A stretch of DNA of 64,000 bases from a virus. Its lineage: Duplodnaviria; Caudoviricetes. A program made the translations under genes and the position numbers. The stretch is from positions 1 to 64,000 of IMG/VR virus record IMGVR_UViG_3300042269_000666; one strand, given 5' to 3'. Positions 12,795 through 20,651 of this stretch are shown piece by piece. The first letter of the stretch is position 1, and each line of letters begins with the position of its first letter. The notes beneath the pieces were generated by a model that saw only the letters and a program-made list of their open reading frames with translations, did no database searches and had not been told where the DNA came from.

Positions 12795-14809
12795 TGAATG
12801 CTCCGATATTTAATATACAAGTTGCGACAGCGACTTCGATCAAACAGTATTTTAAGTGGGTGTCAGGAGTTCATAATACTTTTACATTGACTGATTGTTC
12901 GGTTGCGAATATCAATGGTGTTTATGAATTTTTAACTGACGCCAGGGATCAGTACAACAACCTGCGGGAATACTATCAAAACCAGGGAGATTCCGACATG
13001 TATATCGTGATTTATTATTCGGAATGGGGCGATACCAGCATTTATTTCTGCGAGTATACCGGCGATATTACCACAGTCGATCCCTGGTCTTGTGATCTCC
13101 TGATCTATTATACCGGCCTCGGACTTTTCGATGAGGTATATTGGCAGGAGCCGCAGGTGACCATCGACACCATGCCAACCGTAGTAACCACTAATGCCGG
13201 GACCGGATTTTTCAGTTATAAGCTTGATGAAGAAGCTTGGAATGTTGATGCCGAAACATCCGAATATATAGTTGAAAATCTGGCCGACGGCTCGAATCAC
13301 ACTTTTTACGTCCGGGAAAAACTCCTCGACGAAACTTACAGCGACATTGCCGAGTGTGCATTTAATGTCGTTTTCAGCAGCGGCAATATTCAGCTCAAGC
13401 CGCGGTTTACCGCCATGGCGACCGACCTCGGTGCTATCGACGTCGAGTTTACTTTCCCGTCCTATGATTCGAAGCTCTTATCCGGGCTGAGCCGGGACGC
13501 TCTCGGCATTAGCGGGTTGTTCGTCAACTGCGGAGCGAAAAACGGCGCATCCTGTTATCACAACGGCGATTATTACCTGTGGTATTCGGTAAAGTTCACC
13601 CGCTGGCTGGTCACTATGCAGGATTATTTCAATGACGATGCCAATATGTACGACTACTACGAAAGTTATCTTTACGCCAACGACCAGACCGCTCCCGACA
13701 CCTGGGCGACCGGAACCTGGTATATCGGCATGATGGGCGATATGTCGCTTTCGGGAACGCCAGCCTGGGCAAACGGGACGTTCAACGTGATTCCGCTGGG
13801 CATGGGAATCTGCCGTTACCAGGTCAACGGCGGGAATTACGTCGAACTTGCTCAGGGAACAGATGTTTTTACATTGCCGGTAAGTCTTGGCAGTTCCTAC
13901 AGCGTCAAAATCTCCGAGTTGCTGGACAACGGCCTGTGGTCACCGGAAGTCGAGATGGCGATAGACTGCCATCTCCTGACCGCTCCGAACATTGCCGCTG
14001 CCGATGGTATAACCGAAAGCGACGGCGGCCGCAACGTCGCCTTCAATTGGAGCGGAGTCGGCTACAGTTTGGACTTCAACGGCACAAGTCTGCAGACGCC
14101 GGTATTCTGGGACAAGTCGCAGGAAGAGCCGCTGGACGGCTATCCCGAAGCCGGAGTCATTTACATTACCAACACCGACACTTCGGCAAGCGGCAGTTTC
14201 TGCGCCGTCAAGCTACTGCCGAACACCACCTATCGTCTGAACGTGCCCTGGCGCGAGGGCAATATGTATGATTCGGTCTATTACCCTGATCTGTCGACAT
14301 TCATCGCTAAGCACGATTACGAGCATGCCTGGGAGGAAGTCGCCACCGGTGAAAACGGCGGACTGTGGATTTACGCGGTTCATGATCAGGGCAGTTGGGG
14401 CGACTGGAAACTGGCCTGTGATCCTGCTCCGGAGGAAATCACTCCGCAGGATATCGGAGATTTCTACCATATGATAACCGGAGGCTTCTGCGGGACCGGA
14501 ACTTTCCGTTATCATGTAAATTCAGGGCCGTGGAGCGAGGAAACCACTGACCTCCGGGCACTGCAGATGTTCCAGCTTCCCACCGGAAACCACACCATTT
14601 ACCTCGAGGAAAAATCATCCAACGGCGTCTGGAGCGAAACCGGCACGCTTGTGTTTAGCGTCATCAACGGCGCGGAAGGCGTTAATGGCGACAGTGGTAT
14701 TACCGTTCCGGCCGGAAAATTTTTAGTCATGTTTGATCCCGCCACGAGGCGCGAGTTCCTCTGGGACGGCGCTTCCCCGGCAGATAATCTTGAACCTTTA
14801 ACGGAGTAA
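12794..14809 (+). CDS. Acidic, aromatic-rich protein with about three Ig/FN3-like repeats
   Basis: Repeats of (F/C)(S/R)Y(K/Q/H)(L/V).....W/Y...G.HT(F/I)Y. Confidence 0.5.
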   Translation: MNAPIFNIQVATATSIKQYFKWVSGVHNTFTLTDCSVANINGVYEFLTDARDQYNNLREYYQNQGDSDMYIVIYYSEWGDTSIYFCEYTGDITTVDPWSCDLLIYYTGLGLFDEVYWQEPQVTIDTMPTVVTTNAGTGFFSYKLDEEAWNVDAETSEYIVENLADGSNHTFYVREKLLDETYSDIAECAFNVVFSSGNIQLKPRFTAMATDLGAIDVEFTFPSYDSKLLSGLSRDALGISGLFVNCGAKNGASCYHNGDYYLWYSVKFTRWLVTMQDYFNDDANMYDYYESYLYANDQTAPDTWATGTWYIGMMGDMSLSGTPAWANGTFNVIPLGMGICRYQVNGGNYVELAQGTDVFTLPVSLGSSYSVKISELLDNGLWSPEVEMAIDCHLLTAPNIAAADGITESDGGRNVAFNWSGVGYSLDFNGTSLQTPVFWDKSQEEPLDGYPEAGVIYITNTDTSASGSFCAVKLLPNTTYRLNVPWREGNMYDSVYYPDLSTFIAKHDYEHAWEEVATGENGGLWIYAVHDQGSWGDWKLACDPAPEEITPQDIGDFYHMITGGFCGTGTFRYHVNSGPWSEETTDLRALQMFQLPTGNHTIYLEEKSSNGVWSETGTLVFSVINGAEGVNGDSGITVPAGKFLVMFDPATRREFLWDGASPADNLEPLTE

Positions 14810-14815
14810 TTTTTT

Positions 14816-15559
14816 ATGAAAAATCTGTTTATTATCGTTTCGCTGGCATTCATTCTAACCGGCTGCCGCAGTTCCTGGACTACCGAAACTTTGCGCTCAC
14901 GCCCTGAAATCGATTTGCGGCTTGAACAGGAAGCCAAACAGGTTTCCGAATCGGCGGAAAAGATCGACGGCCTCAGCGACGATCGGCAGGTCGAAAAAGA
15001 AACCTTCAAGCTGAAAACCGTATCAGCGTCATTGTTGCAAAAAGCACAGAAAAACTTGCAAATCGACATCTACGTCAAAAAGGTCGAAGACAAATTGATA
15101 GAATACGAAAACGACCAGAAACGCCGGATTACCACCATATTTTTATGGATGCTTTCAGGCGGCTGCCTCTTGATAATCGCCGGAATTGCGGTGATCGTGT
15201 TCGGCAGCCAGGCGGGCATGAGCGGGCTGGGCATCCAACTCCTGGCTATCGGTGCGACGCTGGTCGGAGTCAGCTACACCATGATCGCCTATCCGTGGAT
15301 AGCCCTGACCATCGGCATTGCGGTATTCAGTTTCGGGATGCTCTATTTCCTGTGGAAGTACGTCATCGCCCAGAAACATCTGTTCAAAACTTCCGATGAA
15401 CTGAAATCCACTGATGAAGCCCTCAAAGATTCAATCCGTTCCGCTGAGGCTATCAAGGAGCTCGGCTGGAATCCGCAGACCAGGCAAGTCCTCAACACCA
15501 TCCAAAGCCCCAAATCCAAACAGTTGATCGGCAAAATCCGAACATCAGATAAAAATTAA
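14816..15559 (+). CDS. Lipoprotein with downstream transmembrane segments; possible lysis (spanin/holin-like) protein
   Basis: Signal MKNLFIIVSLAFILTG-C lipobox; hydrophobic helices at about aa 104-180; last gene of late operon. Confidence 0.55.
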   Translation: MKNLFIIVSLAFILTGCRSSWTTETLRSRPEIDLRLEQEAKQVSESAEKIDGLSDDRQVEKETFKLKTVSASLLQKAQKNLQIDIYVKKVEDKLIEYENDQKRRITTIFLWMLSGGCLLIIAGIAVIVFGSQAGMSGLGIQLLAIGATLVGVSYTMIAYPWIALTIGIAVFSFGMLYFLWKYVIAQKHLFKTSDELKSTDEALKDSIRSAEAIKELGWNPQTRQVLNTIQSPKSKQLIGKIRTSDKN

Positions 15560-15806
15560 AAAAATACTTTGAATTAAGTTCAAATACTGATTTGCATAGT
15601 TGCGATACCGGAGACAACTATACGACACCGTTAAGGACCCGCCAGGGAATGTGAAAGGCGCTCCGCGCATCGGGAGTACGGTAGAATTTCTGCCGTGCTC
15701 CCACCTTCTTGCAAACTGAAAATCCCGGTCATTTTGCGTGCTCAAGGCATTAATTCCGTAGATGCGTTAAAAACGCTTAATTAGTTGATTATTAATGCTT
15801 TACGAC

Positions 15807-15835
15807 TTGCTATTGTCGCATTAATGCTTTATACT
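15807..15835 (+). promoter_or_regulatory. Sigma70-type promoter
   Basis: TTGCTA-17 nt-TATACT upstream of AGGAG RBS and ORF 15889. Confidence 0.8.
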
Positions 15836-15888
15836 GTACATAGATTAAGATAAAGCATTGAACCTCAACAAGATAAGGAGATTGAAAG

Positions 15889-16089
15889 ATGAACGCGAAT
15901 AACACGGCAAGCCGGAAGATCAAAGCCCACAAACAGTACACTGAAGCGGATTATGCCCACCTGAGCGGCAAGGGTTACACCAACGCCGAAATCCTCAAAA
16001 TCTGGGACCGGGATCAAGCCGAAGGCACTTTGCCAGCCGGAAGAACCTTCACCGACGAAGAAATCGTTAATTTTTACATCGGCAAATAA
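15889..16089 (+). CDS. Small hypothetical protein
   Basis: Strong RBS, first gene behind promoter. Confidence 0.65.
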   Translation: MNANNTASRKIKAHKQYTEADYAHLSGKGYTNAEILKIWDRDQAEGTLPAGRTFTDEEIVNFYIGK

Positions 16090-16106
16090 ACAGGGAGGAC
16101 GGAAAA

Positions 16107-16337
16107 ATGACAAAGACGGCAAAAAACGAACACGCCAGACTGAAAAAGGAAAATGAAAAACTTTTGAATCTGATAGGAGCCGAACTCAAAAAACGAAGCA
16201 ACGATAACCCGAGCTGGGGACGGGTTGGCGATCTCGGACATGCAAAGGAAAAGATGCTGGAAGTCCTGATCTTCCTCAGGAACGCCCGCGACGAAGAGTT
16301 GATGCGTGAACAAATTGAAAAGGAGTTGCAATCATGA
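16107..16337 (+). CDS. Small hypothetical protein
   Basis: GGAGG RBS; SWGRVGDLGH motif; overlaps next gene by ATGA. Confidence 0.65.
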   Translation: MTKTAKNEHARLKKENEKLLNLIGAELKKRSNDNPSWGRVGDLGHAKEKMLEVLIFLRNARDEELMREQIEKELQS

Positions 16338-16579
16338 ACACCAACGAAGCATTATTAGAGGAAAACCGGATCATCCATTACCTGATGTCGGAACTAAACG
16401 GAGAAGCGGACAGTGCCGCCGAGGAATGGGAGAACTGGGCGGATATAATCGATCAGGAACGGGTTAGCCGAATGCTGCGCGAGATGTTTACCGGCATGCT
16501 GGTCGCGGAAGGCAAATGCACCGAATTCAACTCAAAAAATTATATAAACCAACTTATAAAGGAGCACGGAAAAAAATGA
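16334..16579 (+). CDS. Small hypothetical protein
   Basis: Coupled to neighbours by 4-nt overlaps. Confidence 0.55.
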   Translation: MNTNEALLEENRIIHYLMSELNGEADSAAEEWENWADIIDQERVSRMLREMFTGMLVAEGKCTEFNSKNYINQLIKEHGKK

Positions 16580-17016
16580 ACGCAAACGAAATCATCGTCG
16601 GAAAAAAGTATGCCGTGAAAGTCGGCAGAAATGAAATCGAAGTCACCGTAACGGAAAAAACCGAACGCGGCTGGCAGGTCGCATCCGCTTCAGGGAGAGT
16701 TTTCCCGGTCAACAGCAGCGAAAGATTCGTCAAGTGCCTTGAACAGCCGGAAGAACCCAAGCCTCAGCAGTCCGCTCCCAAAAGCAAACTTTCCATGCTG
16801 GACGCGGCGGCGGAAATCCTGAAAGGAGCATCGTATCCGATGTCTGCAAAGGAACTCATCGTTGCCATGGAAGAAGCGGAACTTTGGAAATCCGGCAGGG
16901 GCTTGACCCCGGCTAATTCCTTATCAGCAGCCTTGAATAGAGAGATATCCCTGAAGGAAAATCCGCGTTTTCAAAAGACGGGCAAAGGGATGTTTACTCT
17001 TACGCAGGCTGAATAA
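16576..17016 (+). CDS. Protein with C-terminal winged-helix (HARE-HTH-like) domain
   Basis: SMLDAAAEILK...MSAKELI...WKS..GLTPANSLSAALNREI...RFQKTGKGMF; start adjusted to ATG 16576. Confidence 0.7.
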   Translation: MNANEIIVGKKYAVKVGRNEIEVTVTEKTERGWQVASASGRVFPVNSSERFVKCLEQPEEPKPQQSAPKSKLSMLDAAAEILKGASYPMSAKELIVAMEEAELWKSGRGLTPANSLSAALNREISLKENPRFQKTGKGMFTLTQAE

Positions 17017-17043
17017 AAACAATATTAATCCCCATTTTCTATC

Positions 17044-17071
17044 AGGGCGGGTTTAATTTCCCGCCCTTTTA
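17044..17071 (+). terminator. Intrinsic terminator
   Basis: AGGGCGGG-TTTAATTT-CCCGCCCT followed by T-run. Confidence 0.8.
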
Positions 17072-17156
17072 TTTCCGCTGAAATCCCCTGTTCCGGCGTT
17101 ATTTAAAAGATATTTAAAAACAATGCAAATAGTTTAAAATAAACAACTTACACAGC

Positions 17157-17185
17157 TTGCTATATCGCAACACATCGTTTATACT
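17157..17185 (+). promoter_or_regulatory. Sigma70-type promoter, paralogous to 15807..15835
   Basis: TTGCTA-17 nt-TATACT; same downstream AGGAGATTGAAAGATGAAC. Confidence 0.8.
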
Positions 17186-17246
17186 GTACACAGAATAAGA
17201 TAAGATGTTGAATGTTAACGGCTTAACAACAAAAGGAGATTGAAAG

Positions 17247-18137
17247 ATGAACATGCAGGATTTAAAATGGGGCATCGAAATCGAAACGGTAAAAATCGAA
17301 CGCCGCAAAGCAGCCGAAGCAGTACAAAGCGTAGTCGGCGGAACCATCGCCCACGAAGGCGGAGCTTACGACTGTTACAGCGTTACCGACCTGAGAGGGC
17401 GCAAATGGAAAGTTGTCAGGGATGCTTCACTGGTAACCGTTCCATCGCACCTCCAGTCGGAAGTCGTCAGCCCGGTAATGACCTTTGAAGACATTCCGCA
17501 ACTGCAGGAAGTCATCAGGGCCCTGCGGAAAGCCAAGGCCCGCTGTCATTCATGTTGCGGTATTCATATCCACGTTGAAAGTGCTCCTTTCGATGCGAAA
17601 AAGCTCGGCAACCTCGCCAAAATGATTTACAAAAACGAAGAGCTTTTCATCCACGCCCTCGGCATCCGGGAATCAAGGTTGGCGAATTACACCCGTCGGA
17701 TGGACGAAGGCTTCATCAGACGCCTCGACCGCCAGAAACCCAAAACCATGGATGAACTCAACCGGGCGCTTTACGGTCACCACAACACGCGCCCGACTCA
17801 TTACCAGCATGAACGCTACCACATTTTAAACCTGCACAACGCCTTTTATGCCAACACCGTTGAGTTCAGAGCGTTTGAAAGTACCCTCCACGCCGGAAAA
17901 ATCAAGAGCTACCTTTTCCTAAGCCTTGCCCTCGCGGCAAAAGCCCTGAATTCCAAGGCGGCATCCAGCCGGAAAAAGGATTTTAACCCCGCCAGCGCAA
18001 AATACGATTTCAGGGTGATTCTCCTGAGCCTCGGTTTTATCGGAGACACTTTCAAGAACGCCCGCAAACACCTTTTAGCCAACATGCCCGGCGATTCGGC
18101 TTGGAAAAATGGCCGTCCGCAACGGGCTGAAGCATAA
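17247..18137 (+). CDS. Putative amidoligase (COOH-NH2 ligase, Amidoligase_2-like)
   Basis: WGIEIET, EVVSP, CGIHIH, VEFRAF motifs. Confidence 0.85.
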   Translation: MNMQDLKWGIEIETVKIERRKAAEAVQSVVGGTIAHEGGAYDCYSVTDLRGRKWKVVRDASLVTVPSHLQSEVVSPVMTFEDIPQLQEVIRALRKAKARCHSCCGIHIHVESAPFDAKKLGNLAKMIYKNEELFIHALGIRESRLANYTRRMDEGFIRRLDRQKPKTMDELNRALYGHHNTRPTHYQHERYHILNLHNAFYANTVEFRAFESTLHAGKIKSYLFLSLALAAKALNSKAASSRKKDFNPASAKYDFRVILLSLGFIGDTFKNARKHLLANMPGDSAWKNGRPQRAEA

Positions 18138-18178
18138 ACATAAACCGGGGGAAAAAGCCCCCAAACGGAGGTAAAACC

Positions 18179-18670
18179 ATGATTAAACTGCAGATGCACC
18201 AGACGACTCTTAACGGCAAACCGCTTTCCGAAACCGGAAAGGTTATTTCGGGAGCGGACGCCTATGAGGTAATCGAAGCGATGAAGCTCCAGTCGCCGTT
18301 CACGGCGGACATGACGGCAAGGCAGTACATCGACAATATCCTTGCCAAAATCCTGCCCGAAGGCGAAGCGACCGAGCTTGACGCAACCGAATTTTTAACC
18401 AAGCTCGCGGAACAAGGATTCATTTCCTTCCTGCCCGAGGATGACCACTATCCGGCGAACCTGATGGAAGTGCTGGAAACGATCCGGCAGTCCGGCGCGA
18501 CCAACATGCTGGACGCTCCGGTAGTTGCCGGACTCGCCGGGCAAATGGGCGAAACCGAGGTTGCCGGGTGGATTGACAGTCATCGGCGTGAATATGCCGG
18601 AATAATTTTTAACGGCAGGCCGAACTGCGAAACAAGGGAGACAAAACCATGTGCGGACAATGCGGAATAA
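18179..18670 (+). CDS. Hypothetical protein with C-terminal DUF5049-like domain
   Basis: IRQSGATNMLDAPVVAGLAGQMG...HRREY. Confidence 0.6.
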   Translation: MIKLQMHQTTLNGKPLSETGKVISGADAYEVIEAMKLQSPFTADMTARQYIDNILAKILPEGEATELDATEFLTKLAEQGFISFLPEDDHYPANLMEVLETIRQSGATNMLDAPVVAGLAGQMGETEVAGWIDSHRREYAGIIFNGRPNCETRETKPCADNAE

Positions 18671-19428
18671 TAATCGGGAGCCGGGAACGCTCTCCCGATG
18701 ACCTGAAATATTTCAGGGAGGTATTTCAGCGGCTTCTTTTGCTGAATCAAAAGCGGGGCCATCACGCCGCCGGAGTCGCGGTGATTAACAGCGACTGCGG
18801 TTACCAGTTGCTGAAACGCCCGCTTGAAGCATCGGAGTTTGTGAAACTTCCCGAATATGGTGAATTTATGGATTCATTGAAGGAAAACACGACGCTGATC
18901 ATGGGGCATACCCGTTTTGCCACGGTCGGCGATATTGAAAAAGCGGAAAACGCTCATCCCATCAGGTCGGGAAGCTGTCTCGGCACCGTCAACGGCACGA
19001 TATTCAACGCCGACGCGTTGTTCAGAAAATTCCGGCTGACGCGTTTCGCCGAAGTCGACAGCGAACTTATCGTGCGGCTGGCCAATAAATGCGCCCCGGA
19101 AGGCAGGCTTCAAATCGGGAATTTTCTGAATTACCTGAAGCACTGCCGGGGACAACTGGCGGCGGTTCTCGCCTCGTACATAGTCCCGGAACAGGTAATG
19201 GTTCTCAAAGGCAACCGCCCTTTGAGCCTGTTTTACAATCCGAAACTGAACGCAATTATTTATTCATCCGAAACCACTCATATCATGGCAGCCCTGCGAG
19301 GCGATAAAAACTGGCTCAAGTTAAATCTGGCTCCCATGACCTGCATCGTTTTCAATGTCGAAAATCTCATAACCCCAAAAGCATATCCATTGAGGTTCAT
19401 CCCTCAGGAAAGGAGGAAAAAGCAATGA
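18649..19428 (+). CDS. Class II (Ntn) glutamine amidotransferase
   Basis: N-terminal MCG, GHTRFAT, NAHP, NGTIFN, VDSE. Confidence 0.85.
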   Translation: MCGQCGIIIGSRERSPDDLKYFREVFQRLLLLNQKRGHHAAGVAVINSDCGYQLLKRPLEASEFVKLPEYGEFMDSLKENTTLIMGHTRFATVGDIEKAENAHPIRSGSCLGTVNGTIFNADALFRKFRLTRFAEVDSELIVRLANKCAPEGRLQIGNFLNYLKHCRGQLAAVLASYIVPEQVMVLKGNRPLSLFYNPKLNAIIYSSETTHIMAALRGDKNWLKLNLAPMTCIVFNVENLITPKAYPLRFIPQERRKKQ

Positions 19429-19919
19429 TTAACATTTCTATATTCTGCTATGGTACGCTCAAGAAAGACTTTCCCAATCACCATTATTGCCGAAACGCAA
19501 TAAGCGTCGAACCGGCAACCGTCTGCGGCAAACTCTACCAGTTACCGCCCGGCTATCCTGGCTTGCAGGTGCCGAATGACAGCATACTTCTGACGGGAAT
19601 AAAGGACGCTTTCGAGTCAGCGCAGGAACAGTATCAGGAAAACAACGACATGGACTTTGAATTCAAAATCCATGACGGCTGGAATACCGTTTACGGCGAA
19701 CTCATAACCTTTGCTGACCCTGAACGGGATATCCCGCCAATCGACAAACTCGAAGGGACGCCTTTCTATTATGACCGGGTGCTGATTCCCGCCAGAAAAA
19801 CGGGCGGCTCAATTATCGCCGCATGGGCTTATGTCATGTATGAAATTCACTTTTCCGCCCGTTATTTGCCGGACGGAATCTGGCCGCCCAAAGAACTTAA
19901 GTTTGAAAAGGAGGCATAA
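19425..19919 (+). CDS. Gamma-glutamylcyclotransferase (AIG2-like)
   Basis: FCYGTLK N-terminal motif, IDKLEG..YYDR. Confidence 0.8.
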   Translation: MINISIFCYGTLKKDFPNHHYCRNAISVEPATVCGKLYQLPPGYPGLQVPNDSILLTGIKDAFESAQEQYQENNDMDFEFKIHDGWNTVYGELITFADPERDIPPIDKLEGTPFYYDRVLIPARKTGGSIIAAWAYVMYEIHFSARYLPDGIWPPKELKFEKEA

Positions 19920-19922
19920 CAA

Positions 19923-20189
19923 ATGGCTAAAGAAAAATTAAGAAACTGCCCCGACTGTGACGTTGCTCCCGGACAACCTCATCATGACGGCTGTGATATC
20001 GAACGCTGCAGCGTCTGCGGGCTTCAACGGCTCGGTTGCACCTGTGAGGGGCATGACCCGCAATTCGCTCGCTGGACCGGTTTATGGCCGGGAGATGCCG
20101 AATCCCAATTGATGGGTTTGGACTTGAATCAATTCTATATGACTGGTGCCTATAAAAGTTTCATGATCAAACCGGAGGATAAACGATGA
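19923..20189 (+). CDS. Small Cys/His-rich (zinc-binding-like) protein
   Basis: CPDC...[20 protein letters not shown]. Confidence 0.65.
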   Translation: MAKEKLRNCPDCDVAPGQPHHDGCDIERCSVCGLQRLGCTCEGHDPQFARWTGLWPGDAESQLMGLDLNQFYMTGAYKSFMIKPEDKR

Positions 20190-20650
20190 CAGATGACAGG
20201 AACAGAACCTCCGTCCTGCGCCAGTTAACTGCTTTAAAGAAAATGACGCGCGGTGAACTCGACGACAAATGGCGTGATCTTTACGGTTCCGAACCGCCAA
20301 GATTTCGCCGGGCTTTTCTGGAACGCCGGTTAGCGTATCGCGTCCAGGAACTTTTTTACGGAGGGCTGGATGAGCCGGTCAGGGAAAAACTGGACGAAAT
20401 AGCCGCCAAGGCCGAAGGGAAAAAAACTAAATCACAAGTCGAAGTCGACGGCAAAATCCTGCCCGGCACCCGTTTTACCCGAGAATGGAAAGGTAAACTC
20501 TATGAAACCATCGTACGGGAAGACGGATTTGAATATAACGGGCAGATGTACCGTTCGCTGTCGGCCATTGCCAAAGCGATCACCGGCACCCAGTGGAACG
20601 GCCGCAAATGGTGGGGGCTGCCTTCAAAAAAACATAAGAAACGAGGTTAA
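20186..20650 (+). CDS. DUF2924-like protein
   Basis: [40 protein letters not shown]. Confidence 0.85.
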   Translation: MTDDRNRTSVLRQLTALKKMTRGELDDKWRDLYGSEPPRFRRAFLERRLAYRVQELFYGGLDEPVREKLDEIAAKAEGKKTKSQVEVDGKILPGTRFTREWKGKLYETIVREDGFEYNGQMYRSLSAIAKAITGTQWNGRKWWGLPSKKHKKRG

Positions 20651-20651
20651 T

